Part shown: positions 1 through 15,100 of the stretch, piece by piece
How the letters are laid out: the number at the start of each line of letters is the position of its first letter
How positions within the stretch are numbered: position 1 is the first letter of the stretch
Assembly: GCA_043228905.1 (NCBI GenBank)
Contig: JBHGNT010000001.1
Location: forward strand, 35,154,001-35,218,000
Origin: Azolla caroliniana
Lineage: Eukaryota > Plantae > Polypodiophyta
Length of the DNA: 64,000 bases
Direction: 5' to 3'
Translations under genes and position numbers: made by a program
The notes under the pieces: model-generated
The model's database searches: none
What the model was told of the DNA's origin: nothing
Seen by the model: only the letters and a program-made list of their open reading frames with translations

Positions 1-112
1 CGTAGATATTTTGGACTGGTATGTTCCTAGATTGCTATTAGTTCAAATCTGATCTATATATCATTTAAAATAGGGTTAATTATATGTATGTATATCTTCT
101 GTTAATTTACAG

Positions 113-3100
113 CACAGGTAGTGGGGATGTTGATACTTCTACTGTAGTGAAAGCAGATGATGATGGATACATCAAAGGTGCCTCAGGTATTGAAAAAGTT
201 ATTGCACATGCTAGTCTCCTTCTTATTATTTTAATATGCTTCAAATTATTCTGTTTGTAGTTTGCTAAAACATAATACTCTTATTGTGAGCTTCAGCTAT
301 GATATTAGTAATCATAACTGCTTGTAGGTACATTATATAGGCATCATGGTATTTTTTGTTGGTGTTGATGCTCATTGTGAGAGATTTCATTGTATTGTAG
401 GTGCTCGTTTACAATTAAATCCCACATGGAAAAATCCTACAGGGGAATGGCATATTGGATATAAGCTAGCTTATGAACTGTTCACTGAGACACTCGTGTC
501 TCGTTTAAAGGTGACAATCTCATCTCTGCTATATTAATTCGTGTGGTTGTGCATGAGTAATGCAATCAAATTTGAGATGTATTTCAGTATTGATTGTTCT
601 CGTTAGCTGCAAAATTTACAGTTACCTCTTTGGAGACTTAACACCTGCAAAATAATAGTTTTGCATCGTCAGTCGAATGTGCTATCGGAATAACTCAAAG
701 GGCTCCTCCCTCCTATACTATAGGAAAATGCATCTCTATGTCTATGGATGGCACTTTGATAATGTTTTCTTTTTGCCCCAGCATGAAGGCTTCTTCTTAT
801 CAACTCAAAATGGAATCTTTTACCTAGTTGTATTTCCACAACCATAATTTCAAGACAGATTTAACAAAAAATGGAAAATCATGAACTGTGATGAAGACTT
901 GTGAGACATTCTATGCAAGGTGTTTGGTACCCACAGCCCCAGATCTACACTATTGTCACCATTCAGTCAACATCCTCTGAATAGGAGATGATTGTAGAAG
1001 TTTGGGAATCCTAAATTACCTTTAGCATTTACCTTTAGCAACCGTTACAAATGAAAATGGAAAACTTCCTAACGTCCTTATGTTTGAAATGTAAAGGTAT
1101 ATATGTTTCTGAATCAAAGAGAAAAACTATTGTGACTTGTGTTTTCTAGATTTTGGTCTCAATGGACAATCTAAAGAAAGTTTTTAATGATGTAAAGCTT
1201 CATAAATCAAATTAAGCATGCATCTGAATGTGGTGAGAAACATTTTGGTTCATAGCTTGTTGAGCTTGATCTGCTAGGCCTGTAACTGGCTGTTTTTAAT
1301 GGCATTGGTTTGTTCCAGATCTAATAAAATGTGTACAATCAGATTGTTAAGAAGGAAATTGGAAGAAAACTAAAATTTGTTAAATTTTTTATTTATATTT
1401 TCATTCCACAGCAAGAGCGAAAGAAGAAATGGGATGAGAAACATATGGACGCTGTTACAGAAGCACTGAGACGATTGTCAACATTTGACCAGGTAAACAG
1501 GCATAAAAGATTTGAAGTGTATAGTTTCTTACATTATTAATTTTGTAAACCAGATCAACCAATAAAAAGAACTTGTAGAGGACTGAAATGTCTAATTTTT
1601 AAATTGATTAAAAGATTCTTGATGCTGTAACCTCGTGGGTTGTTCTTTATGCTCGTGGCTTTTCTGGCATCCTTATATCATTATCTTATTTTGTGTTTAG
1701 CTGTTTGCTTAAGTCTTCTATTGCGCTTCATTGTTCTTCTGTATTGTGTCTTCCTGGAGGCATGATTCAAATTTCTTAAATACCTACATGCACATAATAT
1801 GTTATATAACTTATAAATAGCTGTGTGCATAATTTGATTTGCAGCACAATCCAAAACCTACAGATAGCACTTTGAAGAAGGAACGCGAGGATTTGCAGAA
1901 TCAGCTTGATCTCCTCCAGAAGTTATCAGAGGTATAAACCAAACTGTCATCTGCTATCTATAATTAAACACTAACTGTGATAATGTAGTGAGCCAGTTCT
2001 TGCTGTGAATTATGTAGATAATACATCTATTCTGATGCATTGCAGAATTATGATGACAAGGGGCCCATAATTGATGCAGTTGTTTGGAATGATGGTGATG
2101 CCTGGAGAGTAGCTCTTGATACACAAGAGATGGATGATTGTGGGCGTGGAAAGTTGGCTGATTTCATTCCTTTAACTAATTACAGGTAAGTATGTTATCT
2201 TCTTCTTATTAGAAGGTTTTTGGATTGGTATTTCATTTGCTTGGCTCACAACATTTCTCACATTTGCTCACGTTGAGAACATTTTATTTGTGTGTATGTG
2301 TATGCATGCATGCATGTGTGTGTGTGTATGTACGTATGTGTATATGTATGTGTATATGTATGTATGTATGCATGTTGGTATGCATCTCTTGATATATATT
2401 CAAGAATATAGCAAGGTGGTTTTCAAGTTTCAAGAATCAAGGTTGTTTTTTTATTTAGAACACTGGAAAATGATTAAATTCTTCAGTTCAACTGAGATAT
2501 AGTCCACTGACAACGAGAACCTGATTTCTTTACAGGATTGAAAGGAAGTACGGGGTATTCAGCAATATTGATGCATGCTCATTTGTGACGAATATTTATG
2601 AGAATGGAAATATTCTGAGCATTGTCACTGATAGCTCTCCTCATGGAACACATGTAGCTGGGATTACAGCTGCTTATCATCCAGAGGTCTTTATTCTCAT
2701 ACATGGCAAATTCCACTGATTCTTTTGTTGTAATCGTTAATAGTTTATTTTCATTGGGAAACTGCAAAACAGGAACCTTTACTGTGTGGAGTTGCTCCGG
2801 GTGCCCAATTGATATCATGCAAAATAGGGGATTCACGATTAGGCTCCATGGAGACAGGGACTGGCCTGATCCGAGGCCTAATCTCTGTTGTTGAGGTGAT
2901 GAACTTTTCTAACTTACCATCAAATCTTGGGAAGACATGCATTTGCATATAATGTTTGTTTCCACTTTTAACTTCCTGAGCATGTGTTTCACTGTGGAAT
3001 ACAGAATAAATGCCATTTAATCAACATGAGCTATGGAGAACCAACTTCTTCACCTGATTATGGGCGGTTTGTGGAGCTTGCAAATGAAGTAAGAATCATA

Positions 3101-6100
3101 CATCCTGCAATTGTGGGACTGCTTTTTATGGGATGCTAAGTAGGAAGGGTACTGTAGTAGTGTGAAGTATACAAACCTAATCTATAAGATGTAGTACCTG
3201 TAGAACAATCAATGCAACATATACCAAATAGGGATATGAAGAATTAATGTGATGTTAATGTGTGTGAAAAGGTGTGCAAAGCTTAGTGTGAGCATGGTTA
3301 TTTCCCCTGTTTCCCACTGTCAGAACTATGAGAACATATAAGAAAATGTGCCAATCTCCCTCTTTGCCATAAACATATGCATTCTGTGCATATAACCTTC
3401 CTGCTTTTACCTAGTTCTCTCCATTTAAAACCTGTCTCAACTTCTTTGATGCAGGATTCGTATCTCAAACCATCCATGACTAGCTGTCATCCAACTAACA
3501 ATAACTGACATTATGCTTGAGAAGAGATTAAGAGTGCAGAACATTTGACACAGTAAACCAGTTGACCCCAAAACTTGGTGTCACCCTGTTTCTTTATCCT
3601 TCCAACCAAAATTAAAGGTTTAGAAAAAGAATAGGTGTCACCCTGTTTCTTTATCCTTCCAACCAAAATTAAAGGTTTAGAAAAAGAATAGTGTTTTGGC
3701 AAGCGAAAGATAAGTCTCAAGAAACAGGAAACCAAAGGAGAATCCCAACCGACATGTGCTGTTGAAAATTCTACTATGAAAATAATGCAGGTTTTTAGGA
3801 GATTTTCAGGAAGCCACCATATAGTCTTGTACATTTACAAATCAAGCAGCGAGCAGATCTTAAACTTGCTTCTCAAATTCCTTATTTCAATACCCTGATG
3901 TCTGAAATGTAAATATAGCAGATCAGCCCTAATCACGGATCAGCAAAATGCAGTCCAGAAACCCAAAATTCTGATGTAAAAACAGCAAATCAGCAAATCA
4001 GCAAAAACCATAATTTCTGCTAAAAAGGAATTTCACATCATAAACCCTATCTGAGTAGCCAATAGTGGTCTAAAATCCTAATTTGTTTGATCGAGAAGGA
4101 GAATCAGGAAGAGGTTAGCGCTCTCTTTGTGAGACATTTTCTTATTCAAGCCAAAACTCTTCCTTATAGCAGTTTTTCTAGCATGAGCTAGCCTCTATTT
4201 GATGATCTGTATCCATTTCAGAACTATTAATGCAAACAACTAATTACTCATCAGAGAAAAGCAGACCAGAAACTCAGACTTTTGATATTATAGCAGCAAA
4301 TCAGAAACCAAAATATCAGCTGGAAAATAATCACAGAGCATAAAACCTAATTTCTGATTACCCAACAATGGAGAAAATTCCTAATTTTTATGATCTAGAA
4401 GGAGATCCATGGAAGAGGTTAGTACTCTTTGTGAGAAATTTTTCTCCTTCAACCCAATTCTCTTGCACAAATAGCAGTTTATCTAGCATGATCTAGCCGC
4501 TATACCAAGAATTTATACATTTCATCATTATTTGTGTTCATACCCTTATATTAATGTCCACATTGAAAATGATCATTAAATCCAGAGTTTAAACACATCA
4601 TACCACTGTGACAGGCATCATCACTTCCGACATTTGCTCAAGTAAATATTCGGGTTGAACTCGGGCTTACATGACTGAAACTCAGAGTGGATGAACCCAT
4701 GTAATTAATCTTTGGCAAAAAACAATAGTTGTATGACAGCATCATTCTCCCCACATACTTTCAGAGGGGTATCCTATAGACAAGTGTAAATAATTATGTT
4801 TGTTTTAGCAAAATGAAAAGAACTCCTGAAACCTCTTGCCCCATGGATACGATTGCCATCAGTTTATTATATCAATGGATGCAGATATGATTGAGACAGA
4901 GCTAAATCTAGCAATGCATGTAATTTCTGCAAAGAATTTTGGTTTAATTAGTTGATGATCCCAGTGGTAGTAATTGCATGAATGTTTTTGCCATTCTATT
5001 GCAGGTGGTTAACAAGCATGGTGTCATCTTTGTAAGCAGTGCTGGTAATGCAGGTCCTTCACTGAATACAGTAGGTGCACCCGGAGGAACCTCTTCAAGC
5101 ATCATAGGCATTGGAGCATATGTGTCACCTAGTATGGCTATTTCAGCCCATTCAATAGTTGAGCCACCTCTTGAGGGCCTCCAATACACCTGGTAAATGA
5201 TAAATCAAAGAGCAAGTTCATCAAGTTCATCTTTACGAAATTAATAGATATATTACATGTATACAACATGTTATTGCATCATCAACAACCTGGCGTTGTC
5301 TTATATGGTGATCACACGAGTATATCTTCTTAATCATAGCTAGTTTCAGGTCAAGCAGAGGCCCAACAGCAGATGGAGATATTGGGGTGTGCCTGAGTGC
5401 TCCTGGTGCAGCTATTGCACCCGTACCTCAATGGACCCTGCAACGCCGCATGCTGATGAATGGAACATCCATGTCTTCTCCATGTGCCTGTGGTGGCATC
5501 GCACTTATACTGAGTGCCCTAAAGGTGGATACTACCTTTGGGACCTATAACTAAGCATTGACATCTATGGAAAATGCTTATGCATGAAACATGTTTCATG
5601 GAAATCCTCATTTACCTTTTATAGGCTGAAGGGCAACCAATCAGTCCATGGGTAGTACGCAAGGCCTTGGAAAATACTGCTGCATCTATAGGGAATGCTC
5701 CTGAAGATGTCTTAACAACTGGTTTTGGTCTCCTACAGGTTGACAGGTGCCTATCCCTTTATTTATAAACTCTAATGGTTCATTCATAAGCAATCATGTA
5801 TATCATGTTATTTGTATATATGCTAGTCCACAATGTGTACAAATAGACTGCAATACTGCTGGGATATAAAAGGCCCAAATAGACAGGAAACAGAAGCAGA
5901 AAACAGCAAACTACTACAAGTAGGAGAAAATTATATCATGGCTGGTTCTGCTGAAAAATGCTTTAGATTAAAAGCTATAAGATCTACTAGTGATTGTCAA
6001 TGTACACCATGTAGAAAGAGTTGAATTGGATGTTGGAGGAATGATTGACTCTATGAGCATGCCAATGACACACACAGGCATGCATGCATGCGAAACATGC

Positions 6101-9100
6101 ATAGACAGTTTAAGAATAGTTATGTTCAGTAACGGGTGAAATACATATGATATATGGATTTTTAGAGTGTAAGATTTAATATCCAGAAGAATTTAAATAG
6201 ATAGGTAGGTCTGCACCTTGTTAATATGGTGGAGAGATGCTGAGACTTATAGATGTTGGCAGAGTACCAATCACCGTCTCTTGTCAGAATCTTACATGTA
6301 TAGATGACGAGATTCTTTAGTCATATCTTATTTTATTTCTATTTACTTTCTTTCCTTAATTACGTTTATTTTTTTGTGCTTGTTCTCAAATACAAGATAA
6401 CATTTTAAGATGAAATCTCTTGTTTAGTCTTATAAATCATTTTGGCCTCTTAAGAGAGTTTAATATATATTTCTTTCAGCCATTGGAATATGCATATGTG
6501 AGACAGCACCCTTGATCATGTATAAATTTTTTGTCTAAAGGAAACATTACCTGACTTGCTTTATCATATCCTGTTTTTCTCATCGTAAGATGTTATTTAT
6601 TATTCAGTTCATAGGCAATTTTGGCCACATAAAAGATGCTAATATGTATATATATATGTACATTTCACTGTCTTCTTCGTTTATATGTATCAGGGCCTAT
6701 GAATATCTACAGAAGTACAAGGGGAGGCCTCCTGTTTGGTATCAAGTTCAGGTTTCTCGAAATGGGAATTCAGGTAACCTTTCGTAAGCTGGAGAGCCAA
6801 CTCAAATAAGTTATCGTTTTCGAATCATTAAGCCTTTTCTGACTTAGGTTTCCTTTTTGTGTTATGTTTTTATGTCTTATCCTTCTGGTTTTGTTGCACC
6901 TATAATTCCTCTAATAATCCATCCAACTTTATACAGCAGATAAATCGGTACGAGGAATTTATCTTCGAGAACCTTCTGAATGCAGTCAATCTAGTGAGGT
7001 GAGAGTTTTTCCACTGCTTATTTGAGTAGAGATGCAATATACTTGCTGGAAAAGTTAAGAACGTTTTCATGTTTCCCACAATGATGTGCTGCTGTTAAAT
7101 AATAGGCATGATTTAGAGCTAAAGGATGTGGCTATTCATCTATCATAAAATGTGATGCACAAGAGCTTTACATATCATACAAGAATAATCTAGCATGTTG
7201 CAACCTATCAACCTTTGTTTAGTAAGACTGAGAGAGTTATACCTCATGTCACATTAATCTTATCTACATTTTCTAATACCTTTGTTGCGTATACAAAGTA
7301 TTTATGAGTACAACTGTTGTACAAGTTGGTTGGTGTAGTTGTTACATGCTTGGATGTGAAGAGTCCAAATCCTTTTTTCTTGGGTTTGTTTCTTCAACGC
7401 TTTCTCCAACATATTAGCATCTTTCTATGAAACAGATAATGCATTTATCAGGACTTGTTAACAAATTAATACTTCATTGATGGTAGAAATATGCATCATG
7501 TGGAGATGCTAAAAATTGTAACTATTATGTACAAGTTGGATTTTGCAAGTATGAGAAATACACACCAAAGTTCTGGAAACATTGCTCAATTTACACAAAA
7601 TGTCCAATGCCTGATGAATAACATACATAGAGAAGACAAGGTCATAGTCGAACTGCAAACTGAAATGTGTCAATGTAAGGAGCTTCATTTACAACCATGG
7701 TCATCATCATATTTATCGAAGACAATTTGAGTGAAAGTGACGGCTGGCTAGTACCTCTGTGTGGTGCTTAAAAAAATACTTACTAATCTCACAAATTATT
7801 TGTAGTTGCACTATTGTTCCCTATCACAGATGTGACGATGGCGATTTTTGTTTTGAAACGCATTTGCTTCGTAGAAAGTAAATTGTTGTTTACCTTAGTT
7901 TTAAAATACCAATAAGAAACAAGGTAAACATAAATACTTTCCAAAAATCAGAATCACAATTAATTTGCATGAAATGGCTAGAAATGCAAACCAAAAAATG
8001 ATAAAAAAGACTGATACATAGAAACACGCTTCCAGGAAACAACTTATGATTTTCTTCAGATTCATGAAGGAAATATGCTTTCTTCCACTGCTTTTGAGCT
8101 TGATATGCATAATGAAGTTTGTTTCATTTTTGGTTTATCGTCATATTCGAATTTACCTATTTCAGGGTTTTCTATTTAGTTGGTTTCCTCTCCTTTTCAA
8201 TAATCAGAAGAGATTATTATCTCTGTCATGCGATAATAATATTATAACTTCCTATTTCTGTTAGTTACATTGATATCTAGCATAAAATTATGATGCCTGA
8301 TACTAGCCAGGATTTCTCAATTCATTTTTAAAAATTTGTGTCTCTCTCATAGATTGCGAGCATACCTTATTGCTCACTCTAGAGTTGGATACCTCTCCTA
8401 GTTTGCAATTTGCAAAAATCTCTTTATTATGTCTGTGTACTCTTGTCTAATAGCTCACGAGGCCATGGTTTATTGACAGTAATATATAGTTTCATTCGTT
8501 TCATAAGTTGATGCATGGCATGTTGTTTCTTGGTGTTTACTGAGTAATGTTATGTATGTTGGTGAAATAGTGGTTGGTGCAAGTCAAGCCAAAGTTTCAT
8601 GAAGATACAGACAAGATAAATATTATCATCCCTTTTGAGGAGAAGATACAGCTTGAAAGTCGCGATCCAAGTTGGTTAAAATGCCCTGAATATGTTTTGC
8701 TGACACACAATGGGCGCTCTTTCAAGTATATATTCTCTTCACTCTTGAACTTACTGGAATTTGAGATTTATTTATTCATTATTATTTGATGGGGACTCTC
8801 AATCCAAAGGAATCTGTATTATAAGGTCATTATGACCTGTACATAATAGTTTTCTATTGAGTGTAAGGAGAACTACAAATCATTGTTGACATGGGAATAC
8901 ATCTAATGAAGGATTGTGGTATAGGGGAAGAATAGAATCATTGTGACAGTAACAGGATAACAGATAAGCAGCTGCAAATTAATTAATTAAACTTAAAAGG
9001 GAAATAGTAGTAAGATGCTAGATGTTAGCCATGAAGGTTCGTAGCAATTTAGCCCACAAGATTTTTTGGTTGATATGTTGATCAGAGATAGAAATCTGTT

Positions 9101-12100
9101 GGTAGTAGCATAACTTCACATGTCCATACTGAATTCTCTGAAAGTTTGTCTTTTGCTTGCTGGAAAGAAGTTTCCTATCTTTTTCCTTGAACTAATTCAT
9201 TTGTGAATAAAGTGTACTTGTAGATCCTACACAGTTGACTCCTGGTCTCCATTACTCGGAAGTATATGGAATTGATTGTGATGCCCCTTGGAGAGGACCA
9301 GTATTTCGAATCCCTATCACCGTCCTTAAGCCATTTGAACTAACAAACAAACCTCCAATTATTAAATTTTCTGGGTTAACCTTCATTCCTGGTAAATCTC
9401 TATACCTGCTTTCTTGTCCTGGAGAGCATTTTATAGAATAATGAGATTTTGAGGACTCTACAAAACAGGGCATATCGAACGGAGATTTATCGTGGTGCCT
9501 GCTGGGGCGACCTGGGCAGAAGCTGCAATGAAAGTCTCTGGCTTCGATACTCCACGCCGATTTTATCTTAATGTAGTTCAGGTATGAAATAAGCCTTGCT
9601 TGCTTTCAAAAAATCTGAGCTTCACATGGTCCAGCATAATGCTAATAAAATCTGATTCCATTTGCTGGATCCATGGAAGAAGTTAATTCTAAGTTTATTT
9701 TTTGAGACACAGGTAGCTTTTTTGTTCCATACTCACCCCCCTGCCTCTTTGTTTTTTTATAGCTTTTTCCACAAAAGCGACCTGGTGTATTAGATAGGAT
9801 ATTCCTCCTTTCTGGGCCATCTGTTAAGAACCTGAATTTTGAAGTTCAGGGAGGAGTGACAATGGAACTTACCATTGCCCAATTCTGGTCTAGTGGACAT
9901 GGAAGTCAAACTCCTGCCATTGCTGATGTAGAGGTTTGTAGAAATTGCCATATTTAGTATGGTGACGTGAGAAATTTCCATTTGAATGTGTTTGCAAATG
10001 CCTAATTTGTTTCTGGTTTTATCTACATCAACCAGATTATGTTTCATGGACTTGTGCCAAGCAAAACTGAAATATGTTTAAATGGTAGTGATATAGTTAC
10101 AAGAGTTGACATCAGTTCTCTTCTAGGTGTTGAAATTCTGTCTCCAAAAGCCACATTGCACAAGGTAAAAAACATTTATGCTCATTTTTTTTCTCTTAAG
10201 AAGATTTGATGAGTTAAAGCATAATGTCTGTGATATTATTTATATATTTTATAAAAGCCACATTGATTTTGTATGAAAGAATGTTTTTCTCTGAAATCAA
10301 TATATACACTATTTCATGAAATGATGGCTTCTAGCATAAGGTTGCTCAACTCCTTTGTAGTATAATAATGGGATATACATGCATTTATGTTAAATTATAG
10401 TTAACTTTATTACGAAATATCCTTCCAATTCACAATAAATTGTCAATGAATCAGTTCCACAGGAATATATCTCATTTACTTTACAAATGTGGGGAAATCA
10501 AGTAATTATCTAATAAATGTCTGTAGGATTATCTTGTAATTATTTGCATGTGCAGACAGACATTGATTTTTTATGGAACTGTTAATTGATTTTGCTTTCA
10601 GGTCAGGATTCCTTACAGACCCATTGAGAGTAAGCTTCAACCTTTGCCATCAGACCGAGATAAGCTGCCCAATGGACACCAAATCTTGTCGTTAATATTG
10701 ACGTAGGAAGTGTGGATTCTATTTTGTTATTACTTGAATGAGATTCACAAACTGACAGAATGCATTTATATGATTAACTGCATACAGGTATAAATTCAAT
10801 CTCTCAGAGGCTTGTAAAGTCACTCCAAGGTTCCCCATTCTCAATAGACGGATTTATGATAATGAGTTTGAGTGCCAATTTTATATGATATCAGATGTTA
10901 ATAAGGTTATAAAGTCTTTATTGTGTCAATACTTTTATAAAATTGTCCATAACAATATCTTTTAGTTTATTTAGAAAACAAGCACTAAGATTTAAACCTA
11001 TCAAATTCAAGCCCTTATTCAAATGGGTTGTTAATGTAGAATAGGAAATAACATTTTACTCTCAACCTAGATTGTCTTTGGAATAAATTGAACGAGGTAT
11101 ACTTAAAGATTTTTCATATGAATTTACAGAGGGTTCATTCGATGGGTGATGTATATCCCAAAGGAATCAAGCTTCCTAAAGGAGATTACACTTTGCGTTT
11201 GCATTTGAGGTTGGTGTCATTTAACTTAATTATTAATTATGGCTCTAGAACTGAGGTATTAATATATCTGAAATACAGGCACGACAATATGACATATCTG
11301 GAGAAATTAAAAAAGAGTGTGATTTTCATTGATAAAAGCTTAGAGGAGAAGGTAAGCAACTTTCTGCTATTTTTATCTTGAAGAAAAACATTCAAAATGC
11401 TTCGGCTGTATTTGGTCACTTTCATTGTGATTCTAGGCAATGGAATGCCCACGAAGAAAGAGTAGACAGATGCAAATCATGAATTTCCAATTGCGAGTTA
11501 TGAGCCAAGTTTGAACCAAGAAGGATGATCTTTACAATATTGATAAAATTTACACTCCCTATCAAGGAGAAGTTGCAATTGAAAGCTAAAGTGGAGATTG
11601 GTCATTTTCCAGGGAATCTATTACTAGGTCTATTGACGACGTTAGCTTGGCAGAATTTTAATTCTAAAGATGGATTTGATATATGATTTTGCGAAATTCA
11701 ACTAATATAGCACAGATCTAAATTTTATTATTTTTCAAGACATCCACTGCTCATCACAACTAATGCGTGAAGATGTTTTTCTTCAGAACTGGATTCAGTT
11801 GCCTTTATTTTCACGTATTGATGGGGGAATAACAGGTGGTTTTAACTTCAAATCAACAACTTTAATGTGTGGGTATGTTTGTTTGGTTTTGTTCTTGTAG
11901 TTCTCTAGCTACATGTAATGGTAATGTCTTGTTTTATTTTCCATTACTCATGGTTTACGATCATATATAGTGAAGATAACCTTCTTGTGGCCATTGTTAC
12001 CTCATTCCTCAGGTGGATAATTATGTGATATTCATATGATTTGCTGAAAGTAGCTTGCATCTATATACGTAGTTAAAGTGTACAACTTACATGAGACCAT

Positions 12101-15100
12101 TATGGAATAAATACAAATATAAATATGAAGCATGTGAGAAATTGTGATTCTCACAATGAAACAATATTTATAAATTATGTTAAAGAAGTTATTTACCTTC
12201 GTTTATATGTGGTTAGATGCAGCAATTTTAAGTTGTTTGTACTTATTGAACAGTGAAACTCAAGTGCTCCATATTGCATCTCCGCCAGAGGATAAACTAC
12301 CAAAGGTATTCCAAATTAGCATGACTCCCTAATATGGATTTTATTAAATTGCATAAAACTATTATTATATTTAACATCACGCCTTAAATATATTATATAT
12401 GTATGTATATTTTACAGGATGTGCCTCTGGGCAGTGTGCTTATTGGGAAGATAATATATGGAAAAATTTCATCAGGCAATGGCAAGGGGACAAAGAACAA
12501 TGAAGGTTGTCCAGCTTCTTATCAAATTGTGTGTGTAGTTCCACCACCAGTGAAGGTAATATTTATTCCTTGTTACTTATGTATAGTTCAATGTGGTTTT
12601 TTAGTCCCTTAGACTAAGTTAGTTGAAATTCAAGTTGTAAGAAGGATGCTTAATGCAAAAGTGGAAACTACAGAATGAAGACAAACCAAAAGAGAAAGAT
12701 GCATCAGTAAAGAAATCTTGCGAGAAAATCTGTAATGAACAGGTGAGCTGTAGATGAGATGATTGTTGCATCTACTTGTATTGTTTCTGAACAATGCATT
12801 AGATAGCCCTTCACTTATATCTAAAATTGTTTATAGCAATGATCTCATATGCCCACATGATTTTCATGCTTAGATTAGAGATGCAAAACTAAAAGTCCTA
12901 TCAAGTCTTCCACGAGGGACACTAGAGGAGCGGAAAGTATGGAATGAATTAGCATCAACTCTCAAGGTATTCCTTGGTTATGTTATACTGCATCTGCTGG
13001 ATATTCAAGAAGAAAACTCTAGTTTGCTTCTGGGTTTACAGGTAGAATATCCTAATGAGTTAAAGTTACTCCATGAGATATTGTCAAAAGTATCAGCAAC
13101 TCAGAAGAAAGAAGATGGAAAGAATGGCATCAATGAGGTATTTGCCAGGAAAAAATTCTGGTTCTTGTATACACACGTTCTTCAAGATTGATGACCCTTT
13201 CGTCATACTCCAATGTAGGTGATTCAGGCTGCAGATGACATCATCAATGTTGTAGACAAAGAAGCGTTAGCAAAGTTTTATGGGGTGAATTCTGCATCCG
13301 ATGAACCAGAGGCCATGGTTAGATTTGCGTTGTGCTGTATTTTGGAAGTAATTCATTTTACGTGTTAACTTTTTGCTTTTTTTCAACTCACATTTCACTC
13401 TGCTGACTTTTCAGCAACTACAGCAAGAGATGGAAAAACAACGTGATGCATTGGTTGATGCTCTTTACAAAAAAGGCTTAGCGATAGCTGAACTAGAGGA
13501 TGAATCGTTGGTAACTTCTTGAGCTAAACATTTTTCAATATTTTGGACCAGTGTTTAGGGTTTTAACTGTTAATTTGCATTGTGGAAGGTTTTTGACCCT
13601 TTTGAAAGGCGTAGCTCTCCATAAAGTCATCTCATGTGGCTTAGGGACTGTTTTGAAACATGTTTGTGTGTGATATAAACTCATGGCTAGGCATGTATAG
13701 TGTGAGTAAATAGATGATGGATTAGTCATAATTAGATATAGGATGGTTCCTTTTTAAGAGTCATTGATGTCATTGGGTCATCCGCTGGTTCATCCTGAGT
13801 CCCTGTTCAAGAACCTTACGACAATAGAACCATAGTGCTACCAAAGACCATCAAGGTGGTAGATGGCATTAAGATGCAGTATAGTATTATGCGGGTACAT
13901 CAAAACAGCAGCAGAGCCAAGGGAATATCTTGAAAAGCATCTGGGCTATTCCTTCCTATTGAGCACTCCTTTTTCTTGAAGAATGGAAAGAGAGGTTGTC
14001 CCCCCATTCATTCTTGAAGAAGTGGAAGCCTTGGGGCACCAGGCAATTTCATGCGATAATGCAACTTACATGGGAGTTGCTAGATACAGATACTCATTAT
14101 TACTACATTTATATGGGTGTTCAAAGTTCATCTTAAGAGATGGTTTACAAGCTTTTGGGAAAACTCCTTTTTTATGTTTGAATTTTTATCCACGAATGTT
14201 TTAAATAGCAATTCTATCGTACATCACACATGAATGCCTTGACAAACCATCACGCATGTTTAAAAATAATAATAATTTCAGGTTGATATAGAGCTTGTAG
14301 AAGAAGGCGACAACAAGACGGAAGAGGTCAATGAGAGTGTAGATCCACCTGATGCTAAAGCTGGTGAATCCGTTTCCAAAGAAGAAAAGGTTCCATCAAA
14401 TGAAACAAGTGATAATGGCCAAACTGGGAAGTTTGACGATACATACAATGAGCTTCGGAAATGGGTGGACATAACATCGACAAAATACAGCTTGTTGAAC
14501 GTAATATACGAGAAGAGATCCGGGCGTATAGGCACTGCTATTAAGGTCAGAAACTACTTGGAAAACATGGAACACCATATCAAATAATTGGGGGAAACAG
14601 TAAAATAGATCCTTCTAATGTTACCAGAATAGCCTTACGTTCTGAAAAATAACCAGAATACCCCTCTGTACTACAAAGTTTATTACCATTGGAGGGGTAT
14701 TCTGATAGGTGCATTAAAATAGTTCAATAACAACATATTATTGGAAAGATATCAAAATTAGTGAATGCTTCAACTATCATGTCTATGATTAAATACTCAA
14801 GATATATGCTCAAACCAAGGTCAACAATTCCGTTCCATGCCCGTGCCCAAATTAGTGGTATCCTCCCAATTGATCTAGTAAGATTGATTTTAAATATATG
14901 TATCAGCAAATTTATTTCCAGTTAAGGAAATTCTGAAAATCATTATGCATCAATGACATTAATGCTTATGTGGGGACAATCTAATCTAGTAATAGTATTT
15001 GAAACCAATTCAGATTGATGAAAGTTCTTTTGCTTAATAGGTCTTGAATGAGTTGATACAAGATGAGGCAAAGCCACCACCTAAGAAGAGTCTCTATGAA

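Noticed and set aside
2773-2800. N-to-C change in TPP2 (LLCGVAPG versus the usual LLNGVAPG)
   Set aside because: This is not a catalytic position; the His, Ser and oxyanion Asn motifs are intact.
8726-9212. U12-type intron in TPP2 (ttccttgaac near a weak AAG acceptor; also a gtattcctt donor at 12967)
   Set aside because: The 5' splice sites do not match (G/A)TATCCTT, and ordinary GT-AG splicing gives the expected protein.
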